Both the position numbers and the translations under genes were made by a program. The notes under the pieces were generated by a model, which searched no databases, was not told the DNA's origin, and saw only the letters and a program-made list of their open reading frames with translations. Below, piece after piece: positions 10,224-20,712 of a stretch of 64,000 nucleotides of DNA. Numbering within the stretch: position 1 is the first letter of the stretch; each line of letters begins with the position of its first letter. This DNA is from Amoebidium appalachense (Eukaryota > Protista > Ichthyosporea): positions 71,272-135,271 of the forward strand of contig CAVNZM010000019.1 of NCBI GenBank assembly GCA_963693365.1, written 5' to 3'.

Positions 10224-13200
10224 ATGGACCGGTCCCGTAGACCGGGGTATGTTGTGGTGGACACTCAGTCCAATAAAGTCGTGGCCGATGCCTGGCCAAG
10301 TGCCGAGAATCCTGGCCGCTTCTTTCTAGAATCCCGAGCCGATGACCCTTTCCCCCTCGCACAGCTGGTGCAGGACCCGCGTCACCCGTCATACAACACC
10401 GGCACCGATAGGCAGGCCAGGGATGGCAATCTGAACCTGCGATTCCGTGTCCGTGATCCCATGTACGCACCCGCCCCGCCTACACAAACCCCACCGTCCC
10501 GATCCGAGACCTGGTGGGAGGAGCTTGCAGGCAAGGACCTGACCCAAGAACCCCTCGATGATGCCCGTGTAACTGCCGAGAACGTTCAGGGGATACTGAG
10601 CAAGGCGTATGTTCGCACAAGCACGCCGCGCCTGGTCAAGCTCGAGGGTGTCACGGACTCTAGGGGCCACGCGCTTTTCGCCAAGGAGGTGGAAAATCGG
10701 AAGACACGCCACCCCACGACACCGGACCATCCCGAGCGCATCCGAATGGCGTATGCCGCCCTTGCGGAGGCCCAGCGCATAGCTGGAAAAAACGTAAGGG
10801 ATTCCCAGAAAGCAAAGGAGGGCAAAGCGCCGGAAGACTCCGATGATCCCGGAGAGCCCAACATGCTCGAGGCGCTCGCCCTGATGGTGCCCGGGCTGCC
10901 ACGGCCTGAGTTTGTGGAAGGAGTCCACCGCGAGGACGACGAACGGGCCTACCCCTACAAGCACGCGCTCCAGACACTCATCGCCGAGCGTGCAAAGCTG
11001 GCCAAGGAGCTGCGCGCAGCCGGTACCGATCGTGCGACCATGCGGCAGGCCCTCAAGGAACTGACCATGAGTGTTGCGCGCGACCTTTCAGGGCAGGAGT
11101 ACTACGGCCGTGTCCAGCACATCCTGCGGGCCCTTGCCGATGACCAGGATCTTGACCTTCGAGATGGTAAGCGTATTCACCTCGGGTCACACGCCCCCCC
11201 CGGAGCCACCAGCATCGATGATGAAAGGGAGATGCACAAACGCTTCTACGCCGATCTCGGCCGGCCTGAGCTCTCAGAAACCCGTTTCGATGACGCCCGC
11301 AGCCGTCTTGTTGCCAATGCCGTTTCGACCCGCCGAAGAGCAGAGGCGCCCACACCCACCACTGCCGACTCCACCGCCCAGGAACTTGCCACGGTTGCAC
11401 ATGCGCTGGGCGTGAGCCCGGACAACGCTCGCACGGCCATCGCCGCCTGGGCCGACCGGAAGCGGGAGCAGCTTGCGGGCCTGTACACCGCCGGGAGGCC
11501 CCGGTCGCCGGGCACCGCCGTCAACACAACATCCGACATTACGGACTCGGTGTGCGGGATCGTGTTTGTGGATCCGCACATCTCCAAGCACTTCCGGCCG
11601 ATGACGTACCTGGTCGTCAGGCTCGACCGCTTTGTCCCGCGCGCAATGCTCGTGGCGATGCACGTCATCGAGCACACGGGCAGGCCCGTTGTGTACAAGT
11701 CTAAGGCCACGGTCGCGGGGTTCTACCCACCCCAGCCCGGGGGAAACCCCCCTCTGGCGCTGTACCAGCTGGAGCGCCAGCGGCTGATGCCCTTGGAGTC
11801 CACAGGTGATCTTCTCAACGTCGACGCGCCTGACAGCCCTTCGCCTGTCCGCTCCGTGGTCTATGAACCCCTGCCATCCCGAAGCACCGTGGCATCGAAA
11901 GGCTCCTTCACGCTGAGGCTCCTCCCCGACAACAAGGTCGCCCTGGGGGCAGAGGAGGCCCTGTGGGTGGTGGGCCCCGGGGGCGCCCGCCTGCTGCTGG
12001 TGCCGGGGGGGCGTTGGTACGGGGAGGAACCCCTCGCACAGCCCCTGCCCGCAGACGTCGAAGTGCACACGCTGAGAACTGCCGAACAGCCCGTAGGACG
12101 CCTGGGCCGTGGGAAGGCATACACGCAGGACATCCGCGATGCCATCCTGCTTGCGCACCTGCGGGACGAGAGGCTCACGGACACCGCACAGAGGCTCAAG
12201 GTCAGCACGCAGACCGTGCGGCGGGTAATAGCACGTGCCCTCAAGCACGGCGAGTTCAGCAGCCGGCACGGCACCAACCTCGCAAGGGCCCATGAGAAAT
12301 CCACCAAGCTGACGGACACACAGAAGATCGTGCTCTACGAGCTCACGACCAAGGTACCCAACCTGACCAGCGAGAAGCTCATGGCCGCCTACAACGCACT
12401 GCCTGGCCTGCCCGAATCCGAGCGCATGAACGTGTCGGTGTCCACGCTCAACAAGTGGCGCAAGCGGCTTGGGCTGACGTACCGCCGTGGGGAGGGCGAC
12501 CCGACAAACACCTTTGTAAGGTCCGTGGCTGCCGCCACCCAGTACTTTGAGGTCGAGCGCTTGCCACACCTGCAGGACAACCGCCAGAATCTGCTTTTCA
12601 TCGACGAGGCCTCCGTGTACCTGGATGAGACCCCTGGCCGCGTGTGGGGGCACCGCGGCTCGCATCACAAAACCCCCAAGCCCAAGCTGCGCGGCATCGG
12701 CACAAAGCTGCTGATTTCCGTGGGGTTCCCCAAGGCGGACAACGATGGAAACATGCGGGCCGTGGTCAACTACCTGATTCTCAGTCCTCGGCCATCCGAC
12801 GACCCGCTGTTCAACTACCGGCCTCTCGCCCCCCACGGCCGCGAGCCCCAAGCCGAGCTTTCCAACGAAAGCCTGGTGCCTGACGAGCTTGACGGTCGTG
12901 CGTTCTACGTGTTCTTGGAGTACGTCCTGGGGGCCGACCCACGCACGAACGGCGCAATCCTGTGCATGGACAACGCCCCCGTGCACAACACCAAGGAAAA
13001 CTTGCCGGACATCAGGCAGCTCGCCGTGAGCAAGCATTGGCGCTTCCAGTGGCTCCCCCCCTACAACTCCAAGTACAACGTCGCCGAGTTGGCCATCGGC
13101 TTTGTCAAGCAGCACGTGCGCTCCCACTACCCCAAGACCTACTACCACCTTCGCAAGCTGATCCAGGACGGCTGCTCACTGATCGAGCGGAACCCGGACT

Positions 13201-14636
13201 ACATCGTCAACTGGATGAAGAAGTGCGGCTATGGTCTGCCCATCAACATCACCCGCAACGCCAACATCCGCAAGGACCGCATGGGCTTCTTTGCACCAGA
13301 AGGCACCATCTACACTCGCGTTGTCAAGATCACAAACCCCCAGGACAAACCCCTCAAGTGGCCCGATAACCCGAACTGGCCACGGTCCCAGCTGCGCCGC
13401 CTGCGCAACAGCATACTGGAGAACCCCGCGTGCTTTATCAGCCACGCCGGCGCCCTGTGGCGGCTGACCGAAACGGGACGCACGGCCGTCATCGATGCCC
13501 TCAACAGGGGGCACGCCACCACCGACCTGGCGCGTGCGTACACGCGCACCGCCCCCACCACCGGAGATCCCCGATGGCAGCTGTTCAGCACGGACCCAAA
13601 GGCCTGGCAGCGGAAGGAGCTGGTAGCCACACAGCGTCCTGCCAAGCAGAAGCCTGTGAAGCCCCAGGCCCCAGCCACCCCTGTGCTTCCAGAGGTCCTC
13701 ACGTCCAATCCCGCGGTCCTCCAGGCCGCCCGAGACAGGGCGGATAAAGTGCTGGCGGCCCTCAACGAGAAACTGAAGGCCGAACTGCACGAGAGCATGA
13801 AAGTCCGCGATGATCTGGACCATCTGCGGAGCAAAGCGGGCCGCGTGAGTGCTACGGACAACATAAACCCTATGTTTGCGGCCATATACGACAAGCGTGT
13901 CAGCACAAGAGCAAAAGAAGCCGCGAAGGAGAAGGAAAAGGAAAAGGTCCCCGACCCGCCCCAATCTGCGCCCGACCCGAACCAGGCCATCCACCAGCGC
14001 GAGTACTTGAACCCTCAGGTCCCTATGGACCTGGATTCTTACAACCCCCTGACCCCCGCGAGTTTGGACTCTTACAACCCCATGACCCCCATGAGTTTGG
14101 ACCCGCCGACGCCTGCACCGCCTCCTCGATCTCCCCGGAAGCGTACGCGGTCTGAAGACCAGGATGAGGTCTCCGGCCCGGGCGGTGGGGCCAAGCGGTC
14201 GCGCACTGAGCAGCCCCCGGAAGGTCAAAGCGTTTTGGGTACAGCCTACAGCCAGATGTGGTCTCCAGGGAGAGCTCATCCCGGACCGAGGCGTATCCTG
14301 CCACGGCCCGCAATCCCGCTGCAGCCACTGTCCTTTGTCCCATCCACGAACACGTTGGGTTCGCCCGGGACTCCCTTCCCGCACATGCCATCCCCCGAGC
14401 AGCTCCGGTTTAACACACAGGCGCAGGCAATTTCCGCCAGGCCCCCGCTGAGCCATGCCTACCTGATACCGCCCCCGCCCTCGCCGTTCCCCAACCCGCA
14501 GTCGCAGATGTCCACGCCCGTAAATAATTTCACCTGGCACTATGCCATTCGCCAAGCGCAAGCTCAAACGGTTCGGCCTCCTCCGCCTGACTGGCAACCG
14601 CAACCTCCAGCGCATTTTCAGCGCCGTGATGCGTAA
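10224..14636 (+). CDS. 1470-aa protein containing an IS630/Tc1-mariner-type HTH + DDE transposase/integrase domain
   Basis: HTH (TAQRLKVSTQTVRRVI; VSVSTLNKWRKRLGLTYRR); catalytic FIDEAS, CMDNAPVH, WLPPYNSKYNVAE (DD38E); long unique N-term and Pro-rich C-term. Confidence 0.85.
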   Translation: MDRSRRPGYVVVDTQSNKVVADAWPSAENPGRFFLESRADDPFPLAQLVQDPRHPSYNTGTDRQARDGNLNLRFRVRDPMYAPAPPTQTPPSRSETWWEELAGKDLTQEPLDDARVTAENVQGILSKAYVRTSTPRLVKLEGVTDSRGHALFAKEVENRKTRHPTTPDHPERIRMAYAALAEAQRIAGKNVRDSQKAKEGKAPEDSDDPGEPNMLEALALMVPGLPRPEFVEGVHREDDERAYPYKHALQTLIAERAKLAKELRAAGTDRATMRQALKELTMSVARDLSGQEYYGRVQHILRALADDQDLDLRDGKRIHLGSHAPPGATSIDDEREMHKRFYADLGRPELSETRFDDARSRLVANAVSTRRRAEAPTPTTADSTAQELATVAHALGVSPDNARTAIAAWADRKREQLAGLYTAGRPRSPGTAVNTTSDITDSVCGIVFVDPHISKHFRPMTYLVVRLDRFVPRAMLVAMHVIEHTGRPVVYKSKATVAGFYPPQPGGNPPLALYQLERQRLMPLESTGDLLNVDAPDSPSPVRSVVYEPLPSRSTVASKGSFTLRLLPDNKVALGAEEALWVVGPGGARLLLVPGGRWYGEEPLAQPLPADVEVHTLRTAEQPVGRLGRGKAYTQDIRDAILLAHLRDERLTDTAQRLKVSTQTVRRVIARALKHGEFSSRHGTNLARAHEKSTKLTDTQKIVLYELTTKVPNLTSEKLMAAYNALPGLPESERMNVSVSTLNKWRKRLGLTYRRGEGDPTNTFVRSVAAATQYFEVERLPHLQDNRQNLLFIDEASVYLDETPGRVWGHRGSHHKTPKPKLRGIGTKLLISVGFPKADNDGNMRAVVNYLILSPRPSDDPLFNYRPLAPHGREPQAELSNESLVPDELDGRAFYVFLEYVLGADPRTNGAILCMDNAPVHNTKENLPDIRQLAVSKHWRFQWLPPYNSKYNVAELAIGFVKQHVRSHYPKTYYHLRKLIQDGCSLIERNPDYIVNWMKKCGYGLPINITRNANIRKDRMGFFAPEGTIYTRVVKITNPQDKPLKWPDNPNWPRSQLRRLRNSILENPACFISHAGALWRLTETGRTAVIDALNRGHATTDLARAYTRTAPTTGDPRWQLFSTDPKAWQRKELVATQRPAKQKPVKPQAPATPVLPEVLTSNPAVLQAARDRADKVLAALNEKLKAELHESMKVRDDLDHLRSKAGRVSATDNINPMFAAIYDKRVSTRAKEAAKEKEKEKVPDPPQSAPDPNQAIHQREYLNPQVPMDLDSYNPLTPASLDSYNPMTPMSLDPPTPAPPPRSPRKRTRSEDQDEVSGPGGGAKRSRTEQPPEGQSVLGTAYSQMWSPGRAHPGPRRILPRPAIPLQPLSFVPSTNTLGSPGTPFPHMPSPEQLRFNTQAQAISARPPLSHAYLIPPPPSPFPNPQSQMSTPVNNFTWHYAIRQAQAQTVRPPPPDWQPQPPAHFQRRDA

Positions 14637-14786
14637 GTATAAAAGCCGCAGCAACGTGGACAACGCCACCACTCGCAGACTGGAGGCCCAAGTGACACGC
14701 CGCTACAGAAACAAGCCGTTCTCTCGTCACGATATCGACGTGTTTGTAGGTTCGAGGTTGTGACCCGATTATTGACGCGTGCTGGT

Positions 14787-15674
14787 ATGGTGGAGGGGAG
14801 GCTGGTGAACGTGCGAAAGGAAATGATCTGCTACATCGCCAGGCGCTACGGAGGCTTTGCCCTGCCCACGCACAAGAGGCACGCAGAACTGGTTTCGATT
14901 GTACAGGCCGTGCCGGGCCTGCGCCTGCTCTTCCGGCGCGTGTTCCGTGTCTTCGACTTCCTGCGCAGGCGCCCACCCAACCTCACCAACGACACCGACC
15001 CTTTCTCTCTGGAGCCGCTGGCCCGGGACTGCTTCAAGTACACGCGCGCTGGCCACGTGTACGGATGCGATGCGGCCACCCTGGCCGACTACATCAGCAA
15101 GACCGGCAACCTCCGTGACCCGTTTGCCAACACCCCCTTCAGCGCAGCCGAGCTCGCACGCCTGGACCAGTGCACCGGGTTTGTGTTTGCGCTGTGTGTG
15201 CGTCTGCGCACCGAGAACCTGACGCGCACCAAGATGGCCGCCGTCATCGAGCACGACGCCATGGTGCTCGTTGACCGGATGCTGGCGGACCTGGTCAGCC
15301 GCATTTCCGAGCAGCTGCAGCGCCTGCACGCCGCAGACCCCTACTCAAACGTGTCCGTCGAGGCGCACATTGCGCTTTCGCGGCTGTTTGACGAGTTCTG
15401 CAGCATCTGCAACCAGGGCAGCCGCTTCCAGCTCGAGGTGCAGACCAACCTGCGCCGGCTGCAGGAGATGCTCGACGAGGCCGCCACCACCCACCCATCC
15501 CCCACGGTGACCTGGCTGCGCAGCGAGACCGTGCGCGTGCAGGGCCAGCTGCTTGACCGCGGTATGCCGCCCCCGCAGCAGGTCGCGGAGGGCGTGTGGA
15601 TCCAGGGCCGGCAAAACGAGGTCATTGTCCATGTGGCTTCGGGCACTCTCGCAGATTTTGCACGGCGCTTGTAG
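14787..15674 (+). CDS. NCLDV U-box/RING-like protein
   Basis: NDTDPFSLEPL...YGCDAATLADYISKTG..RDPFANTPF resembles U-box-like domains of giant-virus proteins; start uncertain. Confidence 0.55.
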   Translation: MVEGRLVNVRKEMICYIARRYGGFALPTHKRHAELVSIVQAVPGLRLLFRRVFRVFDFLRRRPPNLTNDTDPFSLEPLARDCFKYTRAGHVYGCDAATLADYISKTGNLRDPFANTPFSAAELARLDQCTGFVFALCVRLRTENLTRTKMAAVIEHDAMVLVDRMLADLVSRISEQLQRLHAADPYSNVSVEAHIALSRLFDEFCSICNQGSRFQLEVQTNLRRLQEMLDEAATTHPSPTVTWLRSETVRVQGQLLDRGMPPPQQVAEGVWIQGRQNEVIVHVASGTLADFARRL

Positions 15675-15676
15675 CA

Positions 15677-15934
15677 ATGAGTCTGTACAACTCGGTCAAC
15701 TTCAACGTCGACAACCCCCTGGACGCCCTGTTCCCGCCCATCACCACCGACGTGCAGCGGCATCCAGGCCGCGTGGCGCGCACACACGGTGGTCCAGGCA
15801 TAGGCTACCTACGTGGGGCTACCCAGCCCGGGGGGCGCTGGTTCTCGCGTGACCCCGTGCTCAGGCGCCTTGACTTCATCGTGCTGCTGCTGCTGCTGAT
15901 CCTGGCGCTGGAAATCACAAAGGGGGGTTTGTAG
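15677..15934 (+). CDS. Small protein with C-terminal TM helix
   Basis: ATG 15677 with upstream ATTTT motif; FIVLLLLLILAL. Confidence 0.55.
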   Translation: MSLYNSVNFNVDNPLDALFPPITTDVQRHPGRVARTHGGPGIGYLRGATQPGGRWFSRDPVLRRLDFIVLLLLLILALEITKGGL

Positions 15935-16145
15935 ATGGAGGGAACTTGGGTCTGATCCCAAGTTCATCTAGCAGCCGACAGAGTTGCATACGAGTTGGGT
16001 AGGCCTGCTCCTCGGCTTTGCGGACAATTCTTCCACCAGAACTGTCCCTCAGAACTACAATAAACGATTGCTTCTGATCCACACGAGCACCACCCTCCTC
16101 GAAGGTATAAAAGGGCGACAAACGCCAGTCTAAACCACCTGCGCC

Positions 16146-17486
16146 ATGGCACGGTACAACCCCCCGCCCTATTCCACTCCCGTCATCGGGCCCACCTGGA
16201 AGCCCGCTCCTGGCAATGAGGCGCGTGTCGACACCTCGTCCGTGCCCGACTGGCCCGGGGTGCGCCCGTTCTACGCGCCCGACGGGCAGAGGGTGCTCAC
16301 GTGGCTCAGCAAGTTCGACGGGCACGTGTTTTTCAACGCCGGGTACTCGGCGGGCAAGGGGGCTGAGGAGGCGGGGGTGAAGAAGAATCCCATGGATTGG
16401 AAGAAGGACAACACACGTAAAATCGCGGATGTGGTATCATTGATAAACAAAGAGAGGACAGTAGGACAGCTCCTACTCTCCTCTGATTGGCTGATTCGTT
16501 CAACTTTTGCTAACATCAAGAAGCTCCCTACAGTTTCTCAACCCGATAACTCTGTTGTATGTGCATTTGCAACTCATGGCCTGACACCCACCCTCGAGAT
16601 GTTTCGTGGCACCTGGATGGCTTTCGAGCTGACCGCCCCCTTTCTGCGCTACTGCTTTCCCGACCTGCGCCAGTTCTGGGACGGGGTGATGGTCAAGTCG
16701 CACCTGGGCCAGATGGACTTCTTCCCCGAGTTGATTCGCATTGCCGACCAGGGACGAGGTGATGGATGCAGGACTCGGTCCGTGACCATCGACATGAACG
16801 AGGGGTCCCGGAAGCGTGAGCGAGAAGAGGACGCCGAGTCGGCAGTGGTCAAACGAAGCACACTGGATGCCATGCTCGATCCGGATCGCTGGTTCAAACC
16901 CGGGGTTGATTTTGACACGGCCATGAAGCAGCTGCACCACTTTGTGGTTACTGTACATCGCGATTTCTGTACCAATGACAACCCCGAAGCGCTCGCCGCT
17001 GTGAAGCGCGCCGAGGAGGCTGAGCGTACCGAGAAAGCCAAACAGGACACAATACAGCGGGGCATCGACTCCACGCTTGCCATGGTCAAGGCTGTGCGCG
17101 AGATGAAGGCCGAGCTCAAGGGACTGGACGTGCACTTTGTGGCCTGGCGGCAGCTGAACTTCGAGTGGTCTCTCAAGGCGGCGGCAGGGGCGTGTGTGTA
17201 CGCACTGCACATCGACGGCTACATCAAGATTGGACACACAGGGAACTCTCTATTCGAACGCTACAAGTATGACCTCTGGTCTCACGACATGAAGGAGCTT
17301 ATCATCCTGTGCATGCCCCACCGCAACAAGAAGGAGGCCGAGCAGTTCGAGAAACTGGTGCAGAACCAACTGAAGCCGGTGAGGTGTGCAGTTGGGAACA
17401 AGCGGGAGATGTTTGCCGCGGACTATGTACGCGTCTCAAATGCGTTCAAGGAAGTTTACGGAGAGGATGATATTCGGCTGGTGTGA
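16146..17486 (+). CDS. KilA-N domain protein with C-terminal GIY-YIG/T5orf172-like domain
   Basis: DGHVFFNAG...RGTWMAFELTAPFLRYCFPDL (KilA-N); CVYAL..YIKIGHT...ER...EKLV...REMF; TATA at about 16106. Confidence 0.75.
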   Translation: MARYNPPPYSTPVIGPTWKPAPGNEARVDTSSVPDWPGVRPFYAPDGQRVLTWLSKFDGHVFFNAGYSAGKGAEEAGVKKNPMDWKKDNTRKIADVVSLINKERTVGQLLLSSDWLIRSTFANIKKLPTVSQPDNSVVCAFATHGLTPTLEMFRGTWMAFELTAPFLRYCFPDLRQFWDGVMVKSHLGQMDFFPELIRIADQGRGDGCRTRSVTIDMNEGSRKREREEDAESAVVKRSTLDAMLDPDRWFKPGVDFDTAMKQLHHFVVTVHRDFCTNDNPEALAAVKRAEEAERTEKAKQDTIQRGIDSTLAMVKAVREMKAELKGLDVHFVAWRQLNFEWSLKAAAGACVYALHIDGYIKIGHTGNSLFERYKYDLWSHDMKELIILCMPHRNKKEAEQFEKLVQNQLKPVRCAVGNKREMFAADYVRVSNAFKEVYGEDDIRLV

Positions 17487-17566
17487 TCTGGTTTTCTGTG
17501 GATGACAGGGCACTCAACCTATAAAAGCGATCAATATCTGTTTATTTGTTCATTTCTGCATTCGCT

Positions 17567-18070
17567 ATGGACTTAGACACGATCATGGATTTGGAGGTTC
17601 TGAGGAGAAAACGTGAGCTTGAGCGCCAGTATAGAAAATACGTAGAGGCCATCCGGGCTGACCTGGATGCCCTCAACCCCTCATTCGACGCACGATACCA
17701 TATCATAAGCGGTCTAAATACAGTCCAAACTTCTGCGGCAAGACATGGTGCTTGTTTTTACTTCATAAATCTACCTGACAACACAATTGCTTTTGGTTAC
17801 ACGGGCAAGGGCCTGGACAGAAAGTACCCCCCTTCTGGGCCCATACGTGTTATCAATGGCTCAGTATTGCTTGCCATCCCGGCCCAGAACAAGCAAATCG
17901 CTGCACGCATGAAAGCGGAATTCAAGTCGTTGATGCACAAGTATGCAAGTTCCATGCAAATTGATGGGTCTGAAATCATCGGTAACGACTATGAGCTGTT
18001 CAGATCTGTGATGGAGAAATGGAACAGCTGCGCTATTGAGGAGGGCTGGTCGACCTTGGCGCTTGCCTAG
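17567..18070 (+). CDS. Diverged GIY-YIG/T5orf172-like protein, paralog of the upstream C-terminal domain
   Basis: GACFYFINLPDNTIAFGYTGKGLDRKY versus GACVYALHIDGYIKIGHTGNSLFERY; TATAAAA at 17520. Confidence 0.55.
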   Translation: MDLDTIMDLEVLRRKRELERQYRKYVEAIRADLDALNPSFDARYHIISGLNTVQTSAARHGACFYFINLPDNTIAFGYTGKGLDRKYPPSGPIRVINGSVLLAIPAQNKQIAARMKAEFKSLMHKYASSMQIDGSEIIGNDYELFRSVMEKWNSCAIEEGWSTLALA

Positions 18071-18446
18071 GACACTCCTTGGTCAGAGGCTAGCGCTAAT
18101 GAGCGCGTGTACTGGTTACGCCAGCATAAAGAAGATACCAAGGTCAGTTCCGAGGACAGTTCTTCCACCAGAACAAGATTGGGGGGGTGCAGGTATATAA
18201 GCGTAACATATTCTCCAGATCAACACTTCTGATCAACACAACCCTTTTCTTACCAAACCAGAGAGAAGTCGCCGAATTCTGTCACCATCTGGTCCACGTT
18301 TTCATAGAGAACAGGTTAATCGATTCCACTCCTTCTCCTAAAATCAATCAGAAAACCATACCCCAATTCATCTTTTTCTCCCCAATCGCAACAGAACGGG
18401 GCGACACGTCAACCCTATTCTCCTTTTATTGTCGCAGCTTTACATC

Positions 18447-19283
18447 ATGCCACTCCAGTCATGGAACCAGGCCGCCTGTGCGTGTGGCTTTGAGAGCCAT
18501 CGCTACCAGCTGGTGCGACACATCAACAAGCGCCGTAAGACACACCCAGAGTGCGTCCCCACGGATTCATGGTTGTCGGCGCTGGGTCTCACAAGGTCGG
18601 CGTGTGGGTACGTTGCGGGAACCTGGACCGCCCACGCCACCCATGCTGCCAAGTGCAAGGACGAGCGCTGCATCCTTGACCGACCCAACATTAAAGCCAA
18701 GACTCGGGCTAACGCACAGGCCGCCAAGAATCGTTACAAGAAAACCATGACCCGGAAGGGTCGGAAGAAGGAAGTTGTCGACCTGGCGGTTTCACTCCGG
18801 AAAAATTTGGATGGGGTCCTGGTGGAGCTTTTAAGCGGGAAGGTTCAATGGGGTGAGAACTGTCTCCATCGACTGGCCTTTGCGGCCGACAAGGCAAAGT
18901 TTTGCAAGGATTGGCTCCACTCCCTGTTTGGCTCATTCTACTTTGACGGGCTCAAGAAGGATCATCTACTCCCCCCCATACCCATCGACCGTGATGCTGC
19001 CAAGAGGGAGGCAACGCGTTTCATGAAGCTGTTCCACAGTGACAAGGCGTCCGGTCACACGACCGAGGCAACGCTGGCCGGCAACCTCATCAACGCCCAC
19101 AAGGGCAGCAACGGCAAGACGCTGTGCTTCAGCAATGGCTGTGTGGGCGTGGGCGGGACCAACGTGTCGTGTCGGGTCAATGGGCTCCTGGCATGCACAC
19201 GCAAGACGGACTCGCTGCTGTTCAGCTTGTGGCAGCAGCAGCTGCAGGCCGAACAATTGGAGCGAGCTGCCAGCAAGCTGTGA
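18447..19283 (+). CDS. Cys/His-rich protein with degenerate J-domain-like segment
   Basis: CACGF...LVRHINK zinc-finger-like start; KREATRFMKLFHSDK resembles the HPDK motif. Confidence 0.45.
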   Translation: MPLQSWNQAACACGFESHRYQLVRHINKRRKTHPECVPTDSWLSALGLTRSACGYVAGTWTAHATHAAKCKDERCILDRPNIKAKTRANAQAAKNRYKKTMTRKGRKKEVVDLAVSLRKNLDGVLVELLSGKVQWGENCLHRLAFAADKAKFCKDWLHSLFGSFYFDGLKKDHLLPPIPIDRDAAKREATRFMKLFHSDKASGHTTEATLAGNLINAHKGSNGKTLCFSNGCVGVGGTNVSCRVNGLLACTRKTDSLLFSLWQQQLQAEQLERAASKL

Positions 19284-19599
19284 GGATGGGCAAACGTGTT
19301 CTCCGTGTCTGTGGGTGTGGTTGTCTGTGGGTGTGGTTTGCTGCTATGGAGGGGTACCTTGTTTGTAGAGAAATGGGTCACGTGTGCCCCATTGGGTACC
19401 TGTACTCTATGCAAAAGGAACTTCTTGCCGGAAGGAAGTTCCCCGGATTGGCTGGTTCTCGGGAACCAGGAACAGCTTGCCAACAACTACACAGGACAGT
19501 GGTCATGGAGGCATGGAACGACCTAGCACGACAGGAAAATTGGCCGACCATCCGCTTCCACCTTTGCTCCACCCCCCACAATTATCTGCCCCCTACTCA

Positions 19600-20166
19600 A
19601 TGCCGATGCGCTTCTATGTCGAATGGCACCAGTATGCCCTCCCCGTGACCGGATACAAGAGCTGGTACGAGTGCGTGTACGACTCGGTTGACGCCGCCGC
19701 CGCGCTCGAGAGCATGCCGCGGCCGGACCGCGAGGAGACCATGATCTCGCTCAAGAGCCTGCTGGTGGAGAACAGCTACTCGCTGGGCAAGTTCCTGCTG
19801 CGCGCGCTCAACAGCTTCACGGGCATCCAGTTCAGCCTGTTCTCCAAGCTGCTGATCTCCGACAGCCCCGGCGAGCTCATGGAGCTGCAGAGGCTCGTGA
19901 GCAAGGTCGAGGCCGGAGCCGTGGTTATTGCGTTTGTGGAGAACGAGGGGTCGCTCATGTCGTTCGTGGTCAAGAAGGAGTCGGACGAGGCCGTGTTTAT
20001 TGTGGCGCTCGACCGGTCGAGGCCGTACAACGTGGGGCACCGGGCGTTTGTGGTGCTGCTGGCCAACGCGCTCCTGCATCCGAACAGGCCGATTGAGCTG
20101 TCCGATGATATCGACCTGGACGGCATCACGGCGGCCATCAGGGAGAAGCGCGTGCAGTGCCAGTAG
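19600..20166 (+). CDS. Hypothetical viral protein
   Basis: Strong GC3 bias from ATG 19600; upstream ATTATC...CCCCTACTCA-ATG motif. Confidence 0.6.
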   Translation: MPMRFYVEWHQYALPVTGYKSWYECVYDSVDAAAALESMPRPDREETMISLKSLLVENSYSLGKFLLRALNSFTGIQFSLFSKLLISDSPGELMELQRLVSKVEAGAVVIAFVENEGSLMSFVVKKESDEAVFIVALDRSRPYNVGHRAFVVLLANALLHPNRPIELSDDIDLDGITAAIREKRVQCQ

Positions 20167-20201
20167 AGGGGTGTTTTGTTTATTTTGGGTTGGGTACGCT
20201 A

Positions 20202-20375
20202 ATGGCAACAGGGAAGAAATCGAAAAGCCCGAAGTGGAAGGTCGTCAGGTTGTGGAGGGAGCTTGGGTCCAAGAGGACCGAGCTCAAGAACAAACGCAAG
20301 TGCTATCGAAACGGGAAGTCGGTCGGCTGCTCAGCGGTGCCCCGGAAACTGTTTCAGCGTGGTCCGTGCTATTAG
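20202..20375 (+). CDS. Small basic protein
   Basis: MATGKKSKSPKWK..., K/R-rich, ATTTT motif 15 nt upstream. Confidence 0.4.
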   Translation: MATGKKSKSPKWKVVRLWRELGSKRTELKNKRKCYRNGKSVGCSAVPRKLFQRGPCY

Positions 20376-20712
20376 AGGCTTCTTATTTGGGTTTGGGTGT
20401 ATATGGCCCGTATGAAGAAGGTGTTTGCCTGGAAGCTCCTGGCTAGACAGACGAACAAATGGATGCACATCAAGCGAAAAAGAAAAGAAAAATAAACACG
20501 GTTGTTTGACTCTGGAGCTGCCTTGGGGATCCCCAAGGCGGGTATTGAGCAGCACCTAGTTGCTATTCTAAACTATGCAAGTCACGTGACGACCGGTGGC
20601 TACAACCACCACTCCTCTATGATTGGCTGATGTCCCTTAGAAGCATCTGTGCGGATCTCCCAACCTCACCCGCCCGTGCCTCACCCAGATGATTTCTCGC
20701 CCTACTGCAGAC

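Noticed and set aside
10224-14636. An ordinary IS630/Tc1 insertion sequence
   Set aside because: No TIRs were seen and there is no room for them; the domain is in frame within a much larger ORF
11274-14672. Long antisense ORFs (624 aa and 498 aa) opposite the transposase-domain gene, and similar shadow ORFs elsewhere
   Set aside because: Expected by-product of high GC3 codon bias; no recognisable motifs
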